From the NCBI GenBank assembly GCA_964508365.1, contig CAZDTP010000001.1, positions 99,700 through 163,699 of the forward strand: DNA of 64,000 nt, in the 5' to 3' direction. A program made the translations under genes and the position numbers. The notes beneath the pieces are model-generated. The model was not told the DNA's origin. It ran no database searches and was given only the letters and a program-made list of their open reading frames with translations. Shown here piece by piece: positions 33,687 through 43,183 of the stretch. How positions within the stretch are numbered: the stretch's first letter is position 1; each line of letters begins with the position of its first letter. Source of the stretch: an uncultured archaeon. GTDB taxonomy: Archaea > Asgardarchaeota > Lokiarchaeia > Sigyniarchaeales > SOKP01.

Positions 33687-34583
33687 TTGATGATAAGAAA
33701 TGTCGTTTTTTCAGCTAGGGAAGATCATGAAGTAGTAAAAAGTATTATAAATAGGCTTAAAAATTTACCTGATGTTAACTTATACTTTCACGATCCCACA
33801 AAAAAGTTTTTTAACCTTTCCAGAATGCCTAAATCGATTAAAGAAGCAGATTTAATTATTGTTAAAGTGAGAAACGATTGTTCTATTGATTTGCTTCATT
33901 ACGCTAAAACAAACAAAATTCCAACGCTACATAATGTTGATACAGTTCTAATGTGCAAAAACAAAATATCCCTTGATTACGCTCTAAGAATGGTATTTAA
34001 AAACCATCCTCAAATTAGTAAAAAGTTTTCATTTCCTAACTCTTGGAATAATAATGCTACAGATATTCTTAAATTTAAAAGATGGGCTCTACCTAAACTT
34101 CCAATAGTAATTAAAAGTCATTATCAGCACGACAAATATAATAGATTTAACTTTTTAGTTAGAAAGATTGAAGAAGTAGACACATTTTGCAATAAGTATA
34201 AAAAGCTTTTATATTACGATGTTTATATTCAGAAATTTATTGAGTGTGATGGATTTGAAAGAAAGGTTTATGTAATAGGAGATAAAGTATTTGGCATTAT
34301 AAGAGAAAATCCGATTTATATATTTTTAAGAGATAAGCCAAGTAAAATTGATGTTGACAAAATTAAAAGGAAAGAATTTAAAATATCTGAAGAAATTAGA
34401 GAATTTGCTGAAATCTTATCAAAAGAACTTAAGCTTAAAATTTTTGGATTTGATTTAATAAAACTAACAGATAAGAATCGTTATTATCTTATCGATTTAA
34501 ACGATTTTCCTGGATTTAGAGGAATTAAAAACATAGAAAACACTCTATTCAGTTATTTGGTGGATTATATTAGAAATTTATAG
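33687..34583 (+). CDS. ATP-grasp protein, ITPK1-like inositol phosphate kinase candidate
   Basis: PIVIKSH, IQKFI...ERKVYVIGD, FGFDLI and IDLNDFPGF; the closest of the four to the ITPK1 consensus. Confidence 0.78.
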   Translation: MMIRNVVFSAREDHEVVKSIINRLKNLPDVNLYFHDPTKKFFNLSRMPKSIKEADLIIVKVRNDCSIDLLHYAKTNKIPTLHNVDTVLMCKNKISLDYALRMVFKNHPQISKKFSFPNSWNNNATDILKFKRWALPKLPIVIKSHYQHDKYNRFNFLVRKIEEVDTFCNKYKKLLYYDVYIQKFIECDGFERKVYVIGDKVFGIIRENPIYIFLRDKPSKIDVDKIKRKEFKISEEIREFAEILSKELKLKIFGFDLIKLTDKNRYYLIDLNDFPGFRGIKNIENTLFSYLVDYIRNL

Positions 34584-34586
34584 ATT

Positions 34587-35432
34587 CTATCCGAAAATCA
34601 TGAAAGGTACAATTATTACGAATGATAATACTCCATAAAAGATGCAGAAATAACTAAAATTGATTTTTTGTGCGATTTTTAACAAAAGTTCCATTGAAAG
34701 GTAACCTACAATGAAACTTACTGCTGTTATAATTAAAATTGTGAAGATATCAATCGTTCCAAAAACCGATCCTTCTCCGAAGATTACATCCATTCCGATT
34801 GATGCGAGAACTACTGGGACTGACATCAAAAAACTTAATTTTAAACTTTGTTCTTGAGTATATTTTTCAAATATCAGGGTAGAAATTGTGAAACCAGAAC
34901 GCGAAATCCCAGGAAGTATAGCAATCCCCTGAATTAATCCTGATATGCTTGAATCCTTAATGAGTTCCCGATCAGAAATTGAATCGATTGTCTTATTTCC
35001 AAATTTCTTCTTAAAAATCAACAACACGATTCCAGTTATTATTAAAAAACCGGATATCACTAAAGTTATTATATCTCCTTGAGTAGCATTAAAACCTTTT
35101 ATAATTATAAATTTAAAAAATAGATATAAGGGGATAGCGGTAATTGCTGTTCCAATGGTGGCGTATATCAGCCAATTTCGGTTTTTTACATGAATATCCT
35201 CAATTTCAAATTTACCAGGTACTATAGTTTTAATAATATGTATAAACTCTTTCCTCATTTTTACAACTACGGCGATGGTTGTACCTAAATGAACCCAAAT
35301 GCTTAAACTGTAAGCCTGTTCAGGTGGAATTCCAAAAAAATTAACCGAAGCAATCAACACTTGTCCTGAAGATGAGATTGGTAGCCACTCAACTAACCCT
35401 TGAAGGATTGCAATGAATATGTATTCAATCAT
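34587..35432 (-). CDS. uppP: Undecaprenyl-diphosphate phosphatase (BacA/UppP family)
   Basis: QGLVEWLPISSSGQ, HLGT, QGIAILPGISRSG and SFLMSVP motifs. Confidence 0.9.
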   Translation of the reverse strand: MIEYIFIAILQGLVEWLPISSSGQVLIASVNFFGIPPEQAYSLSIWVHLGTTIAVVVKMRKEFIHIIKTIVPGKFEIEDIHVKNRNWLIYATIGTAITAIPLYLFFKFIIIKGFNATQGDIITLVISGFLIITGIVLLIFKKKFGNKTIDSISDRELIKDSSISGLIQGIAILPGISRSGFTISTLIFEKYTQEQSLKLSFLMSVPVVLASIGMDVIFGEGSVFGTIDIFTILIITAVSFIVGYLSMELLLKIAQKINFSYFCIFYGVLSFVIIVPFMIFG

Positions 35433-35437
35433 TTAAA

Positions 35438-35923
35438 TCACTCGTACTTTTTCATTCCTTCATTAATACAATTTATTATCTCATCGCGTGCTTTTCGAAA
35501 ACCTTCAAGACCCTTCATTGAAGGATCTTCAATATCACCATTCTTTCCAGCAAATTCCCTTAATGTAAAAATCGGTTTATTCTCTAACTTAAAATTATCA
35601 TAGATTTCTTCTTTATGTTTCTCTGTTAAGGCGAGAATTAAGTCAGCTTCTTGAATTAATTCAGGATGTTTTTTTAAGTCAATTGAGAGAGAGTCATCTG
35701 AAAGAGGAATACCGATTTCCTTCATAACTAATTTCGCATCTAAAGAAATGAGCATCCCATCTCTAGCGTTTGAAGCGATACCACCGGAAGATACAGAAAC
35801 ATCCATTGCATTACGAGAAAAGAAATCTCTAAGAAATCCTTCAGACATCCTACTTCTTGCAGTATTAACGCTGCAAACAGTAAGAATTTTCGTATAAGGA
35901 AAGCGGTTATGTTTATGAGTCAT
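35438..35923 (-). CDS. Low-molecular-weight protein tyrosine phosphatase family
   Basis: P-loop CSVNTARS (C-x5-R) and DIEDP general-acid motif; lacks the resolving Cys pair of Trx-coupled ArsC. Confidence 0.85.
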   Translation of the reverse strand: MTHKHNRFPYTKILTVCSVNTARSRMSEGFLRDFFSRNAMDVSVSSGGIASNARDGMLISLDAKLVMKEIGIPLSDDSLSIDLKKHPELIQEADLILALTEKHKEEIYDNFKLENKPIFTLREFAGKNGDIEDPSMKGLEGFRKARDEIINCINEGMKKYE

Positions 35924-36007
35924 TGATATTATAGAAAATTCTTTTTCTTAATAATTAGTTTTTGGAATGATCCGGACAAGAAAATAATTCAATAAATTCT
36001 CGCAAAT

Positions 36008-36679
36008 CTAGAAGAAGTCTTTAGTAGCAAACTTTATTCCTTTCTTCTTCATGTATTGGAGAGATTTAGAGATGTTACCCGGAGGTAAATCTATACCTCT
36101 AGTTAAATTTACTAAAAAATAGACCTCGAAACCAAAAGCTATCCCATCTAAAGCAGTAAAATAACAACAATAGTCCAGAGCTAGTCCACAAATAAAAATT
36201 CTTTTAATTTTCAGGGCTTTAAGATAACCTTTAAGTCCAGTTTCAGATTTTTTATCATTTTCAATAAAGCCTGAATAACTATCTACCTCCGGATTATAAC
36301 CTTTACGGATTATGGCGTGAGCGAGATCAATATTCAATTTATCATGAAACTGTGCTCCTTTTGTACCTTGTACACAGTGATCTGGCCATAATACGGGACC
36401 AATACCCTCAGATTGAAATTCATCACCTGGATTTTTATTATTATAGTTACTAGCAAACGATTTATGATTTTTGGGATGCCAATCCTGTGTCAATATGATC
36501 TTTCCATTATTCTCTTTAAAAATCTTAGAGATTTGATTTATACTATCAATTATTTGATCGCCTTCATCGACAGGTAAAGCCCCACCCGGCATGAAATCAT
36601 TTTGCATATCAATAATAATCAGTGCATTAGTATTATCAATATGCATATTTTTTTGATGATATAGTTTCTCAAGGCTCAT
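36008..36679 (-). CDS. pncA: Nicotinamidase/pyrazinamidase
   Basis: IDMQNDF, DWHP, WPDHC, RKG..YSGF and GLALDYC motifs. Confidence 0.93.
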   Translation of the reverse strand: MSLEKLYHQKNMHIDNTNALIIIDMQNDFMPGGALPVDEGDQIIDSINQISKIFKENNGKIILTQDWHPKNHKSFASNYNNKNPGDEFQSEGIGPVLWPDHCVQGTKGAQFHDKLNIDLAHAIIRKGYNPEVDSYSGFIENDKKSETGLKGYLKALKIKRIFICGLALDYCCYFTALDGIAFGFEVYFLVNLTRGIDLPPGNISKSLQYMKKKGIKFATKDFF

Positions 36680-36758
36680 AACATACTAGATAAAAGCAAG
36701 AAAATTAAAATTTTATCATATTAAGAAAAAAAGCAGGTGAATAAAACTCCCAAAAAAA

Positions 36759-39458
36759 CTAAGTATCTTTTATAGCTTGCTTTTTAAACAACTTGAAATA
36801 AAATGTTGATCCTTTATTTCTGCCTCCAGATTCAACCCAAATGTTTCCTCTGTGTAGATCTATTATTTCCTTTGAAATATACAAACCTAAACCAGATCCT
36901 TCGATGTCAATATCCATTTTGAGACCTATTCGTTCTATCTTTCCAAATTTCGTGAATAGTTTATCCATATCTTTTTCCGTCAATCCTATACCCGAATCCG
37001 TTACTTTAAATAATACGCTATCTGGTTTATCCTCTAAAACTAATGATATAATCCCCTTCCTTGGAGTATTTTTAATCGCATTTGAGATGAGATTAGTGAT
37101 AACTTGTTCAATTCTAAGTTTATCTACTACAATATTTACCGTTTCAGGTAAGTGTTGCTCTATGATAAGATTTCGTTTATAAGCTAGGTATCGAATTTCA
37201 TTGGTGCTATCCCGTACAATTTGTGTTATGTCCTCATTTTGAAGATTTAATTTTAATTTATCAGATTCAATTCTTGAAGCATCAAGTAAATTATCAGTTA
37301 AAAGTTTTAATCTCTTTCCCCCTCTATTAATCAATTCGATGAATTCTATCGCATCTAAACACATCTTATCTTTATATAATTCCAATAAAAGTTGAGTTCC
37401 CCCATATATTGAAGTTATCGGAGTTTTCAACTCGTGAGAAGCTCTCGAGACAAACTCAGATTTTATCCTGTTAAGTTCCATTAATCTTTTATTTTCTTCA
37501 ATTATGAGGTTTTCAGCTTTTTTTTTACTAGTGATGTCTTGACAAATCGATTCAATTATAATTTCCTTATCAATTTTAATCATTGAAATCAGAAAAGATA
37601 TCCAAGATATATTGCCATCTTTTCTTTTTATCTGTAGCTCAATTGGTTTGGGTTTAATGCCATTGACAAGATCTTTATACATCCTTTTAATAGTTGAGAT
37701 CTGATTATAAGTAACTATATTGAATTCCGTATAGTTTCTCCCAATTATCTCCTCTCGTTTATATCCAAGAATTCTTTCTGCTGATGAATTGAGATCTATT
37801 ATTAATCCCCTTTCATTCGCTAAAACTACAGCAGTAGGAGAGCTTTTATACAAACTTCGATATTTTTCCTCTGATTCTTTAAGAGCTTTTTCAGTTTTTT
37901 TCCTCTCGGTAATATCGCGAGATATAAATAAGTATTTTTGATTACCTCGTTCATCGGTAAACATTTTTGCTTTATTCTCAACCCACACCCACTTACCGTT
38001 TTTATGTTTTATCTTTGTTTCATGCATATTTTCTCCAAGTTTGAATAATTTAAGCATAAAACGACGGACTTTTTTATTATCATCAGGATGGTTAAGGAGA
38101 ATCGAGTTTTTACCTAATATTTCTTGCTTAGTATACCCTAATAAATTTTTGAGAGAAAGTTCGTTTACATATTCGATTTCAAACTTTTCATTTAATACTC
38201 TAATGAGATCGTTAGATTCTTCCGTAATAAGACGATATTTTTGTTCCGATTCCTCTAGCTTACGTTCAGCATTTTTTTTGTCAGTAATATCGCTTAACAT
38301 TGAAATTAACCCAACCAAATTTCCCTCATCATCGTAATAATTTTTAGAGGAACTCGAAATCCAAATATAATCTCCATCTTTAGGTAATATTCTAAATTCA
38401 ATAGGGCTATCAAGAAACTCTTTCTTTTTAAGTGCGGTTTTATAAGAAGTGATCAATTTCTTGACATCCTCTTTATGTATGTATTGAAAGAATCTACTGT
38501 TCTTGTTGATTTCTCTCCCTTTCAACATATTTGATAATTGAGGTGAGACATATAATAATTTTCCCTCAAAATCTATAATAACGATAGCATCCTTAGTATT
38601 TTCGACAATATTTCGAAATTCCTTTTCAGATTTCTTCAATTTTATTTCTGTAATCTTTCTATTTGTAATATCTTTTAAAATTGATACAACTTGGACGACC
38701 TTTCCTTCGATAAACACTGGTATTTTCCTTACCTCTGTGTAAATCTCTTTTTCCTTAAGTTGTGTGAATTCTTCACTTATCAGCGTTTTTCCCGTTTCAA
38801 AAACCTGGTGATACTCTTTGATTACTTTTTCTGGTAAAAAAGGAAAGACAGTGGAGATTCTTCTCCCAAGTAGATCTTGATTAATGTTGAATCTGTCTAG
38901 CCATTTTTTTAATGTATTATTTGTTAGAATAATTCTCAAATCTGAATCAACTACATGTATTGGGTTTCCCATAGATTCAATAATATTGCTATAATGATGT
39001 TCCGAATCTTTTAACTTCACTTCTGCTATCTTTTTTTCTGTAATATCTCGAATTACTGCCATTATTTTAGTTATACCTTCATGTTTGATGATTCCTCCTT
39101 TAGCTGAAACATAAATATAGCCGCCATTTTTGTGTTTTGCTCTATATTCATATGATATATGCTTTTGATCTTCTATCGCACTTTTTATTTTATTTAATAC
39201 TTGTAATAGATCATCAGGATGAATAAAGCGAAAAACTTTTCTTCCAATGACTTCATAAGGTTTATATCCAAACATTTTATAACATTGAGGACTTATATAA
39301 GTAATATTGCCTTCTAAATCAGTTTCTATAATCGTATCCAAAATATCATTTATAATTATCCGGTAAAAATCGTTAGGAGCCTCAAGTGGTTTTTGCCCAT
39401 TTTTCTTATCTAAAATCAATGTTTCATAACCTCTATTATTATAAATTAAAAAAAACAA
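36759..39458 (-). CDS. Cytoplasmic sensor histidine kinase with five PAS/PAC domains
   Basis: Five segments ending in DIT; HisKA SHELKTP; N box NLISNAIK; DSGIG and GSGLGL boxes. Confidence 0.9.
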   Translation of the reverse strand: MFFLIYNNRGYETLILDKKNGQKPLEAPNDFYRIIINDILDTIIETDLEGNITYISPQCYKMFGYKPYEVIGRKVFRFIHPDDLLQVLNKIKSAIEDQKHISYEYRAKHKNGGYIYVSAKGGIIKHEGITKIMAVIRDITEKKIAEVKLKDSEHHYSNIIESMGNPIHVVDSDLRIILTNNTLKKWLDRFNINQDLLGRRISTVFPFLPEKVIKEYHQVFETGKTLISEEFTQLKEKEIYTEVRKIPVFIEGKVVQVVSILKDITNRKITEIKLKKSEKEFRNIVENTKDAIVIIDFEGKLLYVSPQLSNMLKGREINKNSRFFQYIHKEDVKKLITSYKTALKKKEFLDSPIEFRILPKDGDYIWISSSSKNYYDDEGNLVGLISMLSDITDKKNAERKLEESEQKYRLITEESNDLIRVLNEKFEIEYVNELSLKNLLGYTKQEILGKNSILLNHPDDNKKVRRFMLKLFKLGENMHETKIKHKNGKWVWVENKAKMFTDERGNQKYLFISRDITERKKTEKALKESEEKYRSLYKSSPTAVVLANERGLIIDLNSSAERILGYKREEIIGRNYTEFNIVTYNQISTIKRMYKDLVNGIKPKPIELQIKRKDGNISWISFLISMIKIDKEIIIESICQDITSKKKAENLIIEENKRLMELNRIKSEFVSRASHELKTPITSIYGGTQLLLELYKDKMCLDAIEFIELINRGGKRLKLLTDNLLDASRIESDKLKLNLQNEDITQIVRDSTNEIRYLAYKRNLIIEQHLPETVNIVVDKLRIEQVITNLISNAIKNTPRKGIISLVLEDKPDSVLFKVTDSGIGLTEKDMDKLFTKFGKIERIGLKMDIDIEGSGLGLYISKEIIDLHRGNIWVESGGRNKGSTFYFKLFKKQAIKDT

Positions 39459-39693
39459 AGAATTATCCCCTTACAACTGAACTTGCATGCAAAGAAGGAC
39501 TAGCTAAAAATTCGCTGAAAAATGTAAATAATTCTCCTTAAATGTAATTCTAGGAAAAACAGATTTTAACAATATTCAAAAAAGAGACTTGTTCGTTAAT
39601 TTAGTACGAAAATTAATTTCATTAAAATCACAAGATTAATAAAAAAAATTTATTTGCGAATTGTCATTAATAAATAGTACTTCTCAATTTATT

Positions 39694-39764
39694 GCGCTTG
39701 TAGTAAAGTGGTATTATACCAGGTTCCCAACCTGGTGTCCCGGGTTCAATTCCCGGCAGGCGCA
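39694..39764 (+). tRNA. tRNA-Gly (anticodon CCC)
   Basis: Acceptor GCGCTTG/CAGGCGC+A, anticodon stem CCAGG/CCTGG with loop TTCCCAA, T-arm CCGGG-TTCAATT-CCCGG. Confidence 0.95.
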
Positions 39765-39778
39765 TTTATTTTTTATCT

Positions 39779-41974
39779 CTACCATGAAAGACCTTTACTA
39801 AATCTTAAGTCGCTGATTATTTTTTTAACTTCGTGACTAGGAACTTCCATAAAAGAGTGAAACTCATTCTGCCAAAATGATTTACCCGATGTGCTGGATC
39901 GGATATTTTCAGCAAATTTTATCGAGTTTCTTACTGGAATAAGGATTTCTATTACTGTTTGATAATCCTTTTCTTGATTAACATTCAATATTTTCGCAGA
40001 ATACTTCGAAAGTAACGAGAGAGTGATTTTTGTGTAATCGGGAGGTAATTGAATGATTGTATGATAAATAGGTTCGAGTAGGATAAGGTTAGCTTCGTTC
40101 AAAGCTTTTTTAATAGCATCATAGAACAATGTAGATAATTCTGTAAAAGCGTTTTCTTCTTTAAGTTCAGAAATGATTAATTCGTTAATTTTAACCTTAA
40201 TTCCAGTAATTTTTTCACCACATAAAAATCCGTTTGAAAGTATCTTTCCAACGATTTCTTCTATACTTTCTTTATAAACAGGGTCAAAAACTTCCTCCAT
40301 TTTATAAAAAAGCAGATTGTCATCTTCAAAATACCTCCAGAAGTTTTGTATTTCCTCTAATGTTAAATCTGTATGTTCCTCAAATAGTGCTTTCAATCTC
40401 GCCTTAGGTTTAATTGCTACTAAATCGTGAGTTTGTAAAAACCTTGAAGTCTTATCCTTTATTCTTTCAATTTTAAGTTTAAGAGAATTCCTGTTATTTT
40501 GCGATTTTACGGTGACAAGGGAAGAATCGTTCTTACAAGATTCTTTGAACACTGCGCGTGGCTCCGAAATAGAAACATTAATACCTCGTTTTTCTATCTC
40601 CTTTGCAGTGATTTCAAGATGTAGCGGCCCAACTCCCGAAAGCAAGAATTCGCCGTTTTCCTCGTTAATTTCAAATTTAAGGTTTGGGTCTTCTATTAAT
40701 AAGTTTTCAATTAGTTCCTTCATTTTGTCAAGTTCTCGTAAATACTCCGGTTCGATTGAAACGGTTACTACAGGAGTAGATACATATTTAACATCTTCAA
40801 AAGGAACCATTAGACCGGCAAGATCTTTGTTGATTAGCGTTTCACCGCTTTGAAATCGTTTTAATCCTTCAATTGCTACAATGTTACCAACAGGTATTTG
40901 TTCGACTTGTTCCCTTCTTTGTCCCATAAAGAGAGCTATCCTTCGGATTGTATCATAATTGTTTTCTCTTACCAAGAAAACATCTTCTTTCATTGAGCAC
41001 ATTCCGGAAAAGATTCTACCCGTCCCTATTAACCTATGTTTATCTACTTGTACCTTGCTCAAACAAATAATCATAGGTCCTTTGGGATCACAATTTATCA
41101 TAGCTTTTCCGATATCCGATTCTAAATCTCCCTCCCAGATCTTTCCAATTCTGTAAGTTTGCGCCTCTTTAGGATTGGGGAGATGGTCCACTACCATTTC
41201 TAATATGGCGTTATGTATTGGAAAATAAACTGCTAAATCAGCATAACTCTCTTTAGTGTAAGTTTCTTTATGATAACGAGTTCTAATATCAGAAAACTTT
41301 AGATCGTTCTTTTCTAATAGATGTAAAGTAAAACCCCATTTGTGAAGCGCGGAACCAAATGCCACATTTCCCAATATCGGAGATACTTGCCACTGCTTTT
41401 TAAATGGTTTGTCAGCGTATCGTTTTACAAGAGTATTGAAATTCTTGATTATTCTAGAGTATTTTATTCTTATTTGGTCATCACTTAGCTTTAATTCCCG
41501 GATAAGACGATCGATTTTGTTAATAAAGAGGACTGGTTTTACACCTTCCTGTAAAGCTTGTTTAATCACAGTCTCTGATTGAGTTATTATCTCTTCAACA
41601 GCATCAACAACTACCACAACCCCGTCTATTAATCTTAAAGCGCGAGTTACTTTTCCACTGAAATCCAAATGTCCAGGCGTATCGACGAGGTTTATTAGAA
41701 ATGGTTCATGGTCTTCAAGTGATTTTTCGTAGTATAATGAAATATTAGTAGATTTCATCGTGATCCCACGAGCTTGTTCTTCCTCTAAATAATCTAAGGC
41801 ACGAGCCTCGCCAGCTAAATCTGGCGATAGTAACCCTGCTTCACTTAGAAGGGAATCTGAAAGTGTAGTTTTACCGTGATCTATATGACCTACTAAACCT
41901 ATGTTTCTAATATTCTTGGTTTTTTCCATCATATTCAATATTTCTGAAATCTCCTTTCTACGGGGCATGTTCAC
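39779..41974 (-). CDS. Elongation factor 2 paralogue (aEF-2p type, no diphthamide His)
   Basis: GHIDHGKTT, RGITM, DTPGH, NKID and GSA G-motifs; domain IV loop reads ISELKEENAFTEL instead of LHEDAIHRGPAQ. Confidence 0.85.
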   Translation of the reverse strand: MNMPRRKEISEILNMMEKTKNIRNIGLVGHIDHGKTTLSDSLLSEAGLLSPDLAGEARALDYLEEEQARGITMKSTNISLYYEKSLEDHEPFLINLVDTPGHLDFSGKVTRALRLIDGVVVVVDAVEEIITQSETVIKQALQEGVKPVLFINKIDRLIRELKLSDDQIRIKYSRIIKNFNTLVKRYADKPFKKQWQVSPILGNVAFGSALHKWGFTLHLLEKNDLKFSDIRTRYHKETYTKESYADLAVYFPIHNAILEMVVDHLPNPKEAQTYRIGKIWEGDLESDIGKAMINCDPKGPMIICLSKVQVDKHRLIGTGRIFSGMCSMKEDVFLVRENNYDTIRRIALFMGQRREQVEQIPVGNIVAIEGLKRFQSGETLINKDLAGLMVPFEDVKYVSTPVVTVSIEPEYLRELDKMKELIENLLIEDPNLKFEINEENGEFLLSGVGPLHLEITAKEIEKRGINVSISEPRAVFKESCKNDSSLVTVKSQNNRNSLKLKIERIKDKTSRFLQTHDLVAIKPKARLKALFEEHTDLTLEEIQNFWRYFEDDNLLFYKMEEVFDPVYKESIEEIVGKILSNGFLCGEKITGIKVKINELIISELKEENAFTELSTLFYDAIKKALNEANLILLEPIYHTIIQLPPDYTKITLSLLSKYSAKILNVNQEKDYQTVIEILIPVRNSIKFAENIRSSTSGKSFWQNEFHSFMEVPSHEVKKIISDLRFSKGLSW

Positions 41975-42064
41975 TTTACTCTCTAAAAAATCAATAATAA
42001 TATATTATATTACTAACCATCTTTAATTTGATTAAAATTTTAGGATTATTTGATGATATTAGGA

Positions 42065-42166
42065 GCGGGAAATGAAAATTCTCATTACTCAAGATCTTCT
42101 TCATTAAGTTATGGAATACACCACACTTTCAGTTGGGTCAGAGCTTTCAACGAAATCATTTCCCGC
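42065..42166. other. 102-nt element bounded by a perfect 11-bp inverted repeat; candidate structured RNA
   Basis: GCGGGAAATGA (42065-42075) / TCATTTCCCGC (42156-42166) with three internal hairpins. Confidence 0.5.
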
Positions 42167-42184
42167 ATGATAAATATAAATTAG

Positions 42185-42820
42185 TTATACTTCAAATTCG
42201 CCATCTATTATAACAAGCCTTCCTTTGATATGCAATCTATTCTCACAAAACAACTCGATTGCTTTAGGGAAAATTCTATGCTCCCATTCTAAAACTCTTG
42301 ATCCTAAAGTATCTTCAGTGTCAGTATCATAAACAGGAACGCATTTTTGAATAATTATTGGGCCGTGGTCCGATTGATCATCGACGAAATGAACAGTACA
42401 TCCAGAAACTTTGACTCCATAATCTAACACATCTCTATGCGCGTGCATCCCTTTAAATAAAGGTAATAGCGCGGGATGAATATTCATAACATTACCATTA
42501 AAGGCTTCAACAAACATTCCGCTTACTAATCTCATGTAGCCTACCAAAACGATTAATTTGCAATTATACTTTCGAAATACTTCTATCATTTTTTTGTCAT
42601 ATTCTTCTCTAGGAAGATGAAGATACTTATCAGACTCAATTAGTTCATAGGGAATGTTATGATTCTTTGCGCGCTCCATACAAAATGCACCCACTTTATT
42701 GCATATAAGAATTTCTACGCTTGCCTTATCTTTTAAGATGCCATTTTTGCAGGATTTAATTATCGCCTCTAAATTAGAGCCAGAACCACTAGCAATAGCT
42801 CCTATTTTTAATTCTGTCAT
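42185..42820 (-). CDS. purN: Phosphoribosylglycinamide formyltransferase
   Basis: SGSGSNL, LVGYMR, NIHPALLP, GCTVHFV and DHGPII motifs. Confidence 0.95.
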   Translation of the reverse strand: MTELKIGAIASGSGSNLEAIIKSCKNGILKDKASVEILICNKVGAFCMERAKNHNIPYELIESDKYLHLPREEYDKKMIEVFRKYNCKLIVLVGYMRLVSGMFVEAFNGNVMNIHPALLPLFKGMHAHRDVLDYGVKVSGCTVHFVDDQSDHGPIIIQKCVPVYDTDTEDTLGSRVLEWEHRIFPKAIELFCENRLHIKGRLVIIDGEFEV

Positions 42821-43183
42821 AAATTTTTCTAATCCTCTTTATTAAAAAAAGTTGCCTAATGAATAAATAGATGTGTAATTTAACACAATCTATAATGAAA
42901 ATGTTTTTATTTGATTAATTTATATAGTATATAGAAATTAGAATTAATTCATTCTTAAATTTAATCTCTGGTATCTGTATTAATATCTAAGAATTATTCT
43001 ATTTGTTCTAAAACATCATTTAATGAATAACAATAACTGCATACATAATTTTAAAGGAGTCTGTAATTAAGTTATTTCAATTAATTCAATCTAAAGATCA
43101 AATCATTCTAAATTAAATAATAATTCATTAACTTTTACATTTTAAAATTAATAAATAGAATTATATAAAAGAATTGAAAATAT

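Noticed and set aside
27822-34583. Calling the four ATP-grasp genes RimK/LysX glutamate ligases
   Set aside because: They have D-x-N, not E-x-N, at the metal site, lack the RimK R-x-N loop pattern, and sit around ino1; an ITPK1-like call fits better, though untested
35438-35923. Arsenate reductase ArsC call
   Set aside because: Lacks the two resolving cysteines of thioredoxin-coupled ArsC and there are no ars genes nearby
42065-42166. CRISPR repeat, hammerhead ribozyme, C/D sRNA, SECIS or tRNA-Sec interpretation of the inverted-repeat element
   Set aside because: TTGAAAG/CTGAAAG are not repeated with spacers; no CUGANGA core; no properly placed box C/D pair; no GA after the AUGA helix and no in-frame TGA selenoprotein nearby; no T-loop or UCA anticodon arm
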